DNA of 23,417 bases from an uncultured bacterium. GTDB taxonomy: Bacteria > Auribacterota > Erginobacteria > Erginobacterales > Erginobacteraceae. Of the stretch, positions 1 through 9,516 are shown in pieces (the stretch's first letter is position 1; each line of letters begins with the position of its first letter). The notes beneath the pieces are model-generated. The model was not told where the DNA came from. It worked only from the letters and a program-made list of their open reading frames with translations, and made no database searches. The position numbers and the translations under genes were made by a program. The stretch lies in contig CAWGIE010000022.1 in the NCBI GenBank assembly GCA_963822585.1, positions 1 through 23,417 on the forward strand, given 5' to 3'.

Positions 1-1
1 G

Positions 2-382
2 ACCCAGAATGAAGCCGGAGGTCCGGTCTTCAAAATCGCAGCCGACCCGCGCGTCACGCCATTCGGCCGGTTCTTGTGACGTTCTTCACTGGACGAACTG
101 CCCCAGTTCGTGAATGTGCTAAGGGGAGAGATGTCGTTGGTGGGACCGCGTCCCCTTCCCGTTCGCGATGTCGGGCGGTTTGAAGCGAGTTGGCTGATGC
201 GGCGGTTCAGCGTCCGCCCGGGCCTTACCTGTCTCTGGCAAATCTCTGGTCGCAGCCATCTTGGGTTCAACGACTGGATTAGACTCGACTTGGAGTATAT
301 CGACAATTGGTCGCTGCAGCTGGACTGGAAGATCCTATGGAAGACGTTGCCGGCAGTGATTGAAGGGAAGGGTGCGCAGTGA
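2..382 (+). CDS. Bacterial sugar transferase (priming polyprenyl-phosphate glycosyl-1-phosphate transferase, WcaJ/WbaP-type C-terminal domain), 5'-partial, with in-frame TGA at 77-79
   Basis: The frame from base 2 reads [44 protein letters not shown]...VRPGLTCLWQISGRS...LDLEYIDNWSLQLDWKILWKT. These are the canonical Bac_transf motifs. Its stop overlaps the next start (GTGA, 379-382). Confidence 0.95.
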
Positions 383-1040
383 CATTTCGCTCACGACGTC
401 GGGCCTTGATGAGGCTCTGCCTAATGGCTGGTAGCCTTACGATCCTGATTGCGGCATGTGGCCCCTCCATCCGCACGGATACGCTGGGGCCAGCGGCCGA
501 GCGCACGATTAACCCGGTGCTCGAGCCCGGCGATGTAGTGCGGCTGAATATCTGGCGCGAGCCGGACCTGTCCGGGGATTATCCCGTCGACGAGGCGGGT
601 GCCACCGTGTTCCCGAAGGTGGGGTCGCTCCCGGTGGGGCACCTGTCGGCCGACTCCGTGAAAGCAATCCTGATCTCGCGCTACTCCGTGTACCTGAAGT
701 CACCATCTATTACGGTGACCTTCCTTCGCCGAGTCAACGTATTGGGTGAGGTGAAGACTCCGGGACTGTACCATGTAGATCCCACGATGACCGTGGCAGA
801 TGTACTGGCGCTGGCGGGCGGGGTAGAGCCGGACGGCAATCCCAATGGGATAGAGCTGATCCGCGACGGTGAACGGCTTCCAGTGCGGCTCACGCGACAA
901 TCTCCCATCGCGGGCTCAGCGCTCCGTTCAGGGGACGAGCTGCTCGTATCCCGCCGGAGTTGGCTTTCGCGGAATACCGGCATCATCGGGGCGGGATTAC
1001 GGCCGCCGCCGTGATCATCACTGCCGTCGTCCGCCCATGA
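379..1040 (+). CDS. wza: Polysaccharide export (OPX/Wza-family) lipoprotein, Poly_export plus one SLBB domain; one frameshift near 993-995
   Basis: Signal peptide with lipobox-like ILIAAC, then LEPGDVVRLNIW, YPVDEAG...FPKVG, YLKSPSITV, VNVLGEVKTPGLY, TVADVLALAGG and LRSGDELLV. Adding one G at 993-995 gives the tail GIIGAGITAAAVIITAVVRP*, ending at TGA 1038-1040 and overlapping the wzc ATG. Confidence 0.88.
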
Positions 1041-3517
1041 ACTCAAAGCTGTCTCGGCCTTCGCCCGCTCCCCCGACGCGATACCAGCCCCCGCGCGATG
1101 TTGGGGAGCCACACCTGACGTTGAATCTGGGGCGCGTGATCATGGCCCTGCGGCGTCGACGCTGGCTGATCGCCGTTTGCATCGTCACCAGTATGGTAGC
1201 GGCCGCTGCTTATACTAAATTCTCCACCCCGGTCTTTCAGGCGACGAGCATCGTTCGTTTCGAATCCGAGCAGGTGAACCTGCCTCAGCTTGTTCAGATC
1301 CTTTCAACTGAGAACCGGATCGGAACTGAGGTCGATATCCTCAAGCGGCGGACCGCCGCTGAGGCGGTCGTGGACTCGCTGGGCTTGCGTGCCGATCTCA
1401 CGTCGCCTAGGCATGCCGCAACGTCGTCGATGTTCTCGGTTCTCCGCGTCGCGCCGGACGCCGACCTTTACCGGCTGGTCATCCGCCCCGGTGCACATGG
1501 CGAGGCCGTAGCCTTTGGCCCAGGTGGCGACACCACTCGGATCGCGTTCCACTCGGATGACACGGTACGGATTGGCGGGGTCACTTTCCTGTTGACGAGT
1601 GCGGCCCGCGGTGTACCTGAGCTTGCCGTTCGCGTCGCCTCCACCTCAGCTGCGGTTCGCGCGTTCGAATCCGGGCTGGATGTTTCGCGCCCGTCGAGAG
1701 AAGCCGATCTCGTCGCCATCAAGTACGAAGGGCGTGACCCCGTTCGCGTTTCCGCGGTCGCGAACCTCCTGGCGGAACAGCTGATTTCCCGGCGGCGCCA
1801 ACTCCAGATCGGCCGGAGCGAGAATAATATCCGATTCTTGCAGGACCAGCTCGATACGCTCGGCAAGCAACTGCGAATCGCTGAGGATACGCTGCGTGCC
1901 TATCGCGAGAGCGCGGGGGCTGTCGATGCGCAGGAGGCAGCCCGAACCCAGGTGGGACGCCTTGCGCAAATCCAGGCCGATCGCGGCGCTTTGGTGGCCG
2001 AGCGGGACGCGCTCGCCAAACTGCTAGATCAGGTGCGAAGCGACTCGGCAAAGGCTCTGCCGGGCGACCCTACCCTCTCTCGAACGCTCATGTCGTTCCC
2101 AACGTTGTTGCGGAACCAGGCTGCCGGACAGCTCTTCGGTGCGCTGACGACGGTAGAGAACGAACGCGCGGAGCTGTTGGTCCGCCGGACGCCGCAGGAC
2201 CCCGACGTCCAGGTGCTCAGCGACCGAATTCGGGAACTCGATGGCCAGCTGGAGGGAATAGCCGAGACGTATCTCCAAGGCCTCACGGATCAGGTCGATG
2301 CGCTGAACAACGTCGCCCGAGGCTTCGGTACGGCGCTCGACTCGCTCCCGGGCAAGGAGGTCGAGGCCGCGCGCCGGGAGCGAGCGGTCAAAGTGGACCA
2401 AGACCTCTATTCACTCATCCAGACGCGGCTCAAGGAAGCGCAAATCACGGGGGGGATGGATGATCCGAGCGTTCACATCGTGGATCGGGCGGTGGTTCCC
2501 GACGGCCCCGTCCGACCGAGACCCCTGATCAACCTGACGCTCGCGCTGGTGCTCGGGACGATGGTGGGCGTGACGGTCTCGATAGGGCGAGAGGTTACCG
2601 ATCGGATCGTCCGGACGCGGGCTGACGCGCTGCTGGGAACCGGCGTCCCGGTTCTCGGGGCTGTTCCTCGGGTCGAGCGGCGCCTCCCACAGTTGCCCGG
2701 GCGGCGCCGGTCGCACGGCAGCGGCCCCTCGCAGTTGGTGCTGGGCCGGACTGAGACTTCGAGCCAAGCCGCGTCGGATGCGGGTACCGGCCGCGCCGCC
2801 GCTCGACTCCGGCCCCTGATGGTGACGCGCGCGGAAGCGCCTCCCGCCTACGTGGAGTCGCTGAATCAGCTCTACGCGAACCTCATGCTCACGTACCGAG
2901 AGACACCGCTGCAGGTGGTCGCGGTGACCAGCCCACTGCCGGGCGAAGGCAAGACGCTCACAAGCATCAACCTGGCGCTAACGGTCGCCTCGCGTGGGCG
3001 CCGGGTCCTGTTGGTCGATGCCGATCTTCGGCGGGGCCTGATCAACACCGTGTTTGCGGCCCACCGCCGGCCAGGCCTGTCGGAGCTGCTCAACGATGTA
3101 GCGCGCGCCGAAGACTGCCTGCGGGTTGTGCCGGTCGGCGAGACCGGGACTATGACCATCCTGCCGACCGGGGCCCTCCTGAATACGCCGGGCCCGCTGC
3201 TCCGGATAGACCGGGTCCGTCAGGTGCTCGGAGCTTTGGCCCCACAGTTCGATCTGGTCATCGTGGACACCCCCCCGGTGAACCTGCTCGCCGACGCAGC
3301 GCTGCTCGGGGCTGCCGCCGACGCCGTGCTTGTGGTCGTGCGCACCGGGCACACGAGCATTGATACGCTCCAGTACGCAATGGACCAGCTCAGTTCAGCA
3401 CGCGCGCCGGTGGTTGGTACGGTACTGAACGATGTTGACCTTCGGCGTCATCGTGATGATGACGCCTCCTATCGCTATCTAGTTGAAGCAGAGCAGTACT
3501 ACCAGGGGCGAAGCTGA
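1037..3517 (+). CDS. wzc: Polysaccharide co-polymerase / BY-kinase (Wzc family)
   Basis: N-terminal TM segment (RRRWLIAVCIVTSMVAAAAY..TPVFQAT), coiled-coil periplasmic region, VDRAVVP..PVRPR plus a second TM segment. Walker A VTSPLPGEGKT, A' LLVDADLR, Walker B VIVDTPP, and a Tyr-containing tail YRYLVEAEQYY. ATG 1037 is chosen over 869 because of the ATGA overlap. Confidence 0.95.
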   Translation: MNSKLSRPSPAPPTRYQPPRDVGEPHLTLNLGRVIMALRRRRWLIAVCIVTSMVAAAAYTKFSTPVFQATSIVRFESEQVNLPQLVQILSTENRIGTEVDILKRRTAAEAVVDSLGLRADLTSPRHAATSSMFSVLRVAPDADLYRLVIRPGAHGEAVAFGPGGDTTRIAFHSDDTVRIGGVTFLLTSAARGVPELAVRVASTSAAVRAFESGLDVSRPSREADLVAIKYEGRDPVRVSAVANLLAEQLISRRRQLQIGRSENNIRFLQDQLDTLGKQLRIAEDTLRAYRESAGAVDAQEAARTQVGRLAQIQADRGALVAERDALAKLLDQVRSDSAKALPGDPTLSRTLMSFPTLLRNQAAGQLFGALTTVENERAELLVRRTPQDPDVQVLSDRIRELDGQLEGIAETYLQGLTDQVDALNNVARGFGTALDSLPGKEVEAARRERAVKVDQDLYSLIQTRLKEAQITGGMDDPSVHIVDRAVVPDGPVRPRPLINLTLALVLGTMVGVTVSIGREVTDRIVRTRADALLGTGVPVLGAVPRVERRLPQLPGRRRSHGSGPSQLVLGRTETSSQAASDAGTGRAAARLRPLMVTRAEAPPAYVESLNQLYANLMLTYRETPLQVVAVTSPLPGEGKTLTSINLALTVASRGRRVLLVDADLRRGLINTVFAAHRRPGLSELLNDVARAEDCLRVVPVGETGTMTILPTGALLNTPGPLLRIDRVRQVLGALAPQFDLVIVDTPPVNLLADAALLGAAADAVLVVVRTGHTSIDTLQYAMDQLSSARAPVVGTVLNDVDLRRHRDDDASYRYLVEAEQYYQGRS

Positions 3518-3600
3518 TGCTCGGTGAATTTCAGGATCCGCTCATATCGTACACAGAACTCGCCGCCGGGATGGTACGGCTGGAGGGCGAGAGCCAAAAG

Positions 3601-3606
3601 AGGAGG
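3601..3606 (+). promoter_or_regulatory. Shine-Dalgarno site
   Basis: AGGAGG lies 4 nt upstream of ATG 3611. Confidence 0.75.
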
Positions 3607-3610
3607 CGCC

Positions 3611-4609
3611 ATGTATGACTCGGTGACTGTGGTTGCAGGTGCCGGTGGCTTCATTGGCGGGCACTTGGTCGCAGCATTGCAGCAGCGCGGGCAGACGGTC
3701 CGTGCAGTGGATATCAAGCCCCTGGCGGACTGGTACCAGACCTCCCCCGGCGTTGAGAACATAGTGGCGGACCTCAAGCTGTACGACAACTGTGTCCGGG
3801 TGTGCACCGGAGCGGATACGGTGTTTCAGCTCGCCGCGGACATGGGCGGAATGGGGTTCATCGAAAACAACAAAGCGCTGTGCATGCTGTCGGTGCTGAC
3901 CAACACGCATATGCTCGAAGCGGCTCGCCTCGCGGGAGTCGAGCGGTTCTACTACTCATCGTCAGCTTGCGTCTATAACGCCGAGAAGCAAATCTCCGCG
4001 GATGTGCGGCCGCTCCGCGAGGAGGACGCCTATCCGGCGATGCCTGAAGATGGGTATGGATGGGAGAAGCTCTTCTCCGAACGCATGTGCCGGCACTTCC
4101 GTGAAGACTTTGGGCTCGGCACCCGCGTGGCCCGCTACCATAACGTCTACGGGCCTCACGGGACGTGGGAGGGGGGCCGCGAGAAGGCGCCCGCGGCGAT
4201 CTGTCGCAAGGTCATCGAGGCCGTCGCTTCCGGGAGTGGGGCGATTGAGATCTGGGGTGACGGTGAGCAAACGCGATCCTTCATGTACATCGATGACTGT
4301 ATCAGGGGGACGTTGGCGATTGCCGAAAGCTCCATTCTTGAACCGGTCAATCTGGGGTCCAGCGAACTCGTGAGCATTAACCAACTGGTTGATATGGTCG
4401 AAGACATCGCGGGCGTACAGCTGGAGCGCCGCTACAAACTTGATGCACCGCGGGGCGTAAACGGGCGCAATTCCGACAATACTCGTCTCCGCAGTTACCT
4501 CAACTGGGAGCCGAGCACACGATTGCGGGATGGCCTCGCACGGACGTACGCGTGGATCCGAGCGGAGTATGCCGACAAATACGGGTTGCAGCACAGCCTG
4601 GTCGGCTGA
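3611..4609 (+). CDS. NAD-dependent nucleotide-sugar epimerase, GDP-mannose 3,5-epimerase (GME)-like extended SDR
   Basis: GAGGFIG nucleotide-binding motif, plus LAADMGGMGFI, YSSSACVY, YGWEK (YxxxK), RYHNVYGPHGTWEGGREKAPAAICRK, IWGDGEQTRSFMYIDDC and GVNGRNSDN. I recognise these as GME-like. Strong RBS; ORF intact. Confidence 0.88.
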   Translation: MYDSVTVVAGAGGFIGGHLVAALQQRGQTVRAVDIKPLADWYQTSPGVENIVADLKLYDNCVRVCTGADTVFQLAADMGGMGFIENNKALCMLSVLTNTHMLEAARLAGVERFYYSSSACVYNAEKQISADVRPLREEDAYPAMPEDGYGWEKLFSERMCRHFREDFGLGTRVARYHNVYGPHGTWEGGREKAPAAICRKVIEAVASGSGAIEIWGDGEQTRSFMYIDDCIRGTLAIAESSILEPVNLGSSELVSINQLVDMVEDIAGVQLERRYKLDAPRGVNGRNSDNTRLRSYLNWEPSTRLRDGLARTYAWIRAEYADKYGLQHSLVG

Positions 4610-4613
4610 ACAG

Positions 4614-5402
4614 ATGGGCGCCGGGCCGCCTGCGATCCATCGCGTCGATGTCCTGGGCGTCAATGTCAGCGCGATTGATATGGCTGTGGCAGTCGAAGCC
4701 ATTGAGAACTGGGTGGCGACGAGGGACCCGCAGTATATCTGTGTTACCGGTGTCCATGGTGTCATGGAGAGCCAGCGGGATGAGTCGCTGCGCGACATCC
4801 ACAATCGTGCCGGGTTGGTCACTCCGGACGGGATGCCACTAGTATGGATTACCCAGCTGCGCGGGTGGAGGAACGTTCGCCGCGTCTACGGGCCTGAGTT
4901 GATGCTGGCGTGTTGTCGGCGCGCCCAAACCACCGGGTGGCGGCACTTCTTCCTCGGGGGTGGCCCCGGAGTCCCGGAGCTCCTGGCGGAGAAGCTCGTC
5001 CGGCAGTTTCCCGGGCTGCAGGTAGCCGGGACATACTCGCCGCCGTTCGATGAAGAGGCCACGGCGGTCAGCGACCACCTGGTTCAGCGAATCAACGACA
5101 CTCGGCCGGATATCGTGTGGGTCGGGCTCGGCACCCCCAAACAGGAGCGATGGATGGCCAGCAACGTCCACCGGCTCAGCCCGTGCGTGCTGATCGGCGT
5201 GGGCGCGGCATTCGACTTTCATGCAGGCCTCAAGCCGATGGCACCCGGCTGGATGCAGCGCAGCGGGCTGGAGTGGTTGTTCCGGCTCGGGTGCGAACCG
5301 CGGCGCCTCTGGCGGCGCTACCTGATCAACAATCCCGCTTTCATCCTGAAGGTGCTGCAGCAGGCAATTCGGCCCCCCGCCGACGCGCACGTAGGACCAT
5401 AG
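4614..5402 (+). CDS. WecB/TagA/CpsF family glycosyltransferase (GT26)
   Basis: VDVLGVNVSAI, LVTPDGMPLVW, RVYGPELM, FFLGG, AGTYSPPF, PDIVWVGLGTPKQERW, GVGAAFDFHAG and APGWMQRSGLEWLFRL..EPRRLWRRY. Confidence 0.95.
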   Translation: MGAGPPAIHRVDVLGVNVSAIDMAVAVEAIENWVATRDPQYICVTGVHGVMESQRDESLRDIHNRAGLVTPDGMPLVWITQLRGWRNVRRVYGPELMLACCRRAQTTGWRHFFLGGGPGVPELLAEKLVRQFPGLQVAGTYSPPFDEEATAVSDHLVQRINDTRPDIVWVGLGTPKQERWMASNVHRLSPCVLIGVGAAFDFHAGLKPMAPGWMQRSGLEWLFRLGCEPRRLWRRYLINNPAFILKVLQQAIRPPADAHVGP

Positions 5403-5515
5403 CGCCTGCCAAGCTGCTGCCGTTGTCTTGGAGATTCGCCGACGCTGATCGGCCGTCGGCCGCCGCGGGCGTTTGGACAGCACGGCAGTGCGAGATCTTG
5501 CAGACGGTGGCCGGC

Positions 5516-6825
5516 ATGAGGCCATCTCCGAACCGCTCCACCGCCCGACGACTCCGCATTCTTCTCTCGGCTTACGCCTGCGAGCCTGACCGCGGGTCCG
5601 AGCCGGGGGTCGGTTGGGAATGGGCCACACGCCTGGCGAGGCGCCACGATGTCTGGACGCTTACCCGGGCTAACAATCGTCGGGCCATCGAGCATGCCCT
5701 GGCAAGCGCTCCGGGGGAGATCCTCGCGCTTCGTCTATCTCGACCTGCCGCGCTGGGTGCTGTGGCTAAAGCGGAAGAGGCTCCTGCCGGTAGCGGCTCT
5801 ACTATGTGCTCTGGCAGGTCGCGGCGGCGCGACGCGCCAAGCGATCTCGGCACGGATATCGACATCGTGCATCACGTGACGTTCAATGGGTTTCGTTTCC
5901 CGGGGAAGTGGTGGGGTGATCGGTGGCGAGTTGTGCTGGGCCCGCTGGGTGGCGCGTCGATCGCGAGCTCCCAATACCGCCGGTGCTTTGGGAAGCATTG
6001 GTGGCGCGAGTGGTTGCGGGGCAAGACGGTGCGCTGGTGGCGGCTTAATCCGTGGACGCGTCGCTCACTGCGCCGGGCGGATGCATTGGCGGTCGTGAGT
6101 GAGAAATGGCCCAGCAGTTTTCGAGCATGGAACGACCGGACGACGGTTCTGCTCGAGACTGCGGTCCCCGACGAGCTTCTTGCGCGAAGGGATCCCGGTG
6201 GCGACTCGAACGGGATTCGTCTGGGTGGGCCGCATCGCCGGCCATAAGGGCTGGCGGCTTGCACTAGAGTCGTACGCCGCCGCGTTCGCGAGGGATACTC
6301 CGTGCCCCGTGCCTGCGAATGATCGGCAGCGGGCCCGATGAGGCCGCGGCGCGCCGGTTCGCGGCCGGCTTGGGCATCTCGGACAAGATCGAATTCGCGG
6401 GCCTCCGCAGTCAAGCCGAGGTGTGGAGCGCGATGCGGAATGCGAAAGGACTGTTGTTCTCGAGCGTGAGGGATACTTCGGGAAACGCAGCGCTGGAGGC
6501 GATGGCACTGGAATGTCCGGTCATTTGCCTCAACCACCAGGGCTTGGCCACGCTCACCGATGCTGCCTGCGCCCTGCGGGTCGAGCCCGGCGATTGGGAC
6601 CAAACCGTTCGCGGGTTCGCCGTGGCACTCCGCCGGCTGGAAGCTGAGCCGGAATTGGTCGCTGGCTTGGGACGCGCGGGCCGGTTGAGGGCTTCGCGGC
6701 TGTTTAACTGGGAGCACAAGCTGGATGCGATGGACCAAATCTATGCGACGGTACTCTCAATCCCGGAGGGGCAGCGCCTCGGCTCGACTGGTTGGCCGGG
6801 TGCTCAAAAAGGTCCCGCGGCGTGA
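5516..6825 (+). CDS. GT4 family glycosyltransferase, multiply frameshifted
   Basis: RILLSAYACEPDRGSEPGVGWEW...HDVWTLTR; RFVYLDLPRW in another frame; DIVHHVTF and LGPLGG; FVWVGRIAGHKG in another frame; then LFSSVRDTSGNAALEAMALECPVICL...GRAGRLRASRLFNWEHK. Frame switches lie near 5720, 5795, 5840, 6215 and 6310. The start codon is uncertain. Confidence 0.85.
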
Positions 6826-8120
6826 TCTCGAACGCCATGAACTTCGTGCGCCGCCACAGCCATACTCACTGGGCGCTGCTCGACCAGGCTCTGGTATCGG
6901 GAACGAATTTTCTCACCGGAATTCTGGTGGCGCATGGGTTGGGTGTGGCGGATTTTGGCCGGTTCTCCCTCGCGTGGCTCGTGGTGCTCTTCGTTCAGAG
7001 CTTTCAAGAATGTGGCGTGATCGCGCCCATGATGAGTATCGGCCCGAAGTATGAGGCGCCCCGCCAACCGGCGTATTACGGCGGCGTCTTCGCACAGCAA
7101 CTGATTCTGGCGGTGGTCAGCTCGCTGCTCACGTGGGCGTGCCTGCGTTTTGCGGCCAGCGTATTTCTCAAGCGGCCGGATGCGTCGCTGGCCCTTCCAC
7201 TGACCGTGGCAGTGCTGCTCTGCCAGTCACAGGAATTCCTGAGGCGGTATTTCTTCACCGTCCTCAAGCCGGCGACCAGCTTTGCCAGCGACGTATTCGC
7301 TACGGCGGCCAACTTTGCGGACTGGCATGGCTCTTTTTCGTTTCACCGTCTGGAGCTGGCGTCGCCGCGACGCTCTGGACGATCGCCGCCGCTGCGGGCG
7401 TGGGCTCGCTGGTGGTGCTGGCGGCCGCGCCCGCACTGGAGTGGTCGCTCTCGGCCCTGCGGGAAACCGCATTGATAAACTGGCGTTCCTCGAGGTGGCG
7501 AGTTGTGTCCGCGACTGCTACATGGATGAGTGGGAACCTGTTGGTGGTCGCGGCCGGCGGGCTGCTGGGAGTCATCGCGGTCGGCGCCTTGAAGGCGGCC
7601 CAGAGCCTAATGGGTGTGGCTCATATCCTGTTCGCGGGGCTGGAGAACGTCGCGCCGATCCGCGCTGCACACCGGTTCCGGTTCGGCGGCCCGGACGATC
7701 TCCTGGCATATCTCGCGAAGGTGCGCGCCCTCGGGTTGGCCGGTACTACGCTGATCGGCCTCATCTTTGCCGTAAATCCGTCGTTCTGGCTCAGCCGGCT
7801 GTTTGGATCTGGGTTTGCCGAGTACGGGTATCTCGTGCGGTGGTATGCAGTCCTGTACATCCTGGTCTCTTACGGTTCCGCTTCGGTTTGGGCTTAGGGC
7901 GATTGAGCGAACGGCACCGATTTTCCTAGCGTATGCGGCAGGCGCCGTGGCTTCGCTCATCATGGCCTACCCGCTCGTACGGCATTTTGGGCTGCCGGGA
8001 GTTCTAGCGGGGATGTTGATCATCCAAACGATCCTGGTCGTGATCATGTGGGCTGGCCTGCGGCCGGAGCTTGCACGCTCGCGTCGCTCCTCACGGCCGA
8101 TGCCCCAGTCTGCCTCATGA
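6822..8120 (+). CDS. wzx: Wzx-type polysaccharide flippase (MATE-like/Polysacc_synt), frameshifted near 7290 and 7870
   Basis: WALLDQALVSGTNFLTGILVAHGLGVADFGRFSLAW, then many hydrophobic helices over three frames, GGLLGVIAVGALKAAQSL, LFGSGFAEY and YPLVRHFGLPGVLAG. GTG 6822 overlaps the upstream TGA; ATG 6837 is an alternative start. Confidence 0.82.
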
Positions 8121-9452
8121 CATTGACTCATCGATCATCCGAGGCGAGCGCTGATTCTTGTCCAAAAAAGACCGGACAATGGCGCGTCGGAGATCCGCTG
8201 CGACTTCACTCACCGGACGCATGGCGTCGATCTCCAGCATGCGGACCCCGAGTTCTCGCAAGGCACGCCATTCGGAAACTGAACATGAATCTCGCGCAGT
8301 GTCAATTCCGGCTTCCGCGCATGCACAATCTCAGGTGCGGCTCGAAGCAGGACGACAAGATCGGGCTTAGGCGTGAGCCGCCAGATCAGTCGGCCGGGCC
8401 GCGAGCTTCCGAGCCCGAATCGTAGCGGGTCGACGATCATGTCGAGAGCGCAGCGGTCGTAGATGACCAGGCGCTGGAGGCCGGACTCGCTTCGGTCGAG
8501 GATCCATGAGCCGAGAACGAAGTCGACCCAGTAGTAGAGTGCCCGGGCCCACGCGAGCCGGCCAGCGGTGCGTCGCGGCGGGTGTGCGTCAGTGCCACTA
8601 CGTTCGGCCCGGCGAGCAGGCTCGCCATCGGTGGCAACAGGCTCGGTCGCCAATGGCCTGGAGCCACCACCTTCGGGAAGAGCGACGGAGGGCCCGTGCG
8701 GATCGCGTTTAGTACCGTGCCTTTGCCGGCGCCATCCGGCCCGACCACCGCGACCACCGGAGCGCAGGGGAAAAGCCGGCGTGCCACACGCGACCAGACT
8801 TGATGTGCGACGTTTCGTGCTGACTGGACTGGCTGTTGTAGCCACCAATGCCGGCCGATGACCGTACGGAGCCGGTCTGCCAGAGCATCCAACGCGGCAG
8901 CGTCGTTCGTGCCCACTCCGCCGCGACTCGGCGAGCTAGTTCTGGGCCGACGATACCGCCGAGGATCGTCGAGATGAGTGCCAGATCTTGCGGAGGCAAC
9001 TCGATGGTGGCGAGCTTGGACGCTGCCGCGCCCCCTTCGGCGAGCAGAGGCGTTAGGACACGTTTCGCGAAGGCCGCCCAGACATCCGTTTGCACACCGC
9101 GACGTGTCACGATTGCCGACGGCGCGCGAGCGAGTACGACGTTACGCCACCGCACGCCGGGTACGGAGTGAAGCTCGAGGCCCGTCTCCCATTGGTGGTC
9201 ACGGAACGCGACGAGCCGTCGACCGTAAACAGGCGAGGGGGATGCCACTCGGTACCCGGCGCGGATCAACTCGCTACGCGCCAGGGCGAGAGCTTCGTTC
9301 TCCTGGCGATAACCAACGAGAAAGTCCAGGTCCCGCCCGGCCACCTCGCCGTCGAAGCCGTTGAGGACCGCGTAGCGGATCTGATGGATATTCCAGTTGG
9401 CCGTGATGCTTCGCAGCACGTCGGCGCGGGCGCGGTCGATATCGGTCGACAC
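8115..9452 (-). CDS. Fusion of a putative nucleotidyltransferase-like N-terminal domain with a thymidylate-kinase-like P-loop kinase domain; frameshifted near 8910, 8585 and 8277
   Basis: N-terminus IRYAVLNG...GRDLDFLV (G-x-D-x-D). C-terminal half VVAVVGPDGAGKGTV, HWRPSLLP, LVIYDRCALDMIVDPLRF, PKPDLVVLL, ARKPEL, then LEIDAMRPVSEVAADL...ESMS*, with the stop at 8115-8117. Confidence 0.72.
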
Positions 9453-9516
9453 GATCTACCACCCGCTCGAACGTGCTGCAGCGCTGGCATGGTTGGCGCG
9501 CCCGGCGATCACGTCG

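Noticed and set aside
869..1036. N-terminal extension of wzc in the ORF track (start 869)
   Set aside because: It overlaps the wza coding region with nonsense-like sequence. ATG 1037 in an ATGA overlap is the better start.
3962..4822. Long antisense ORFs (e.g. 3962-4822, 4839-5630, 5872-6738) and the off-frame ORF 21968-22909
   Set aside because: These are shadow ORFs of well-supported genes in high-GC sequence and carry no motifs.
5117..5515. Long Arg-rich N-terminal extensions on ORFs starting at 5117, 4530, 15696 and 16613
   Set aside because: These are off-frame read-through of the upstream genes in GC-rich DNA. Family motifs start only at the downstream start codons used here.
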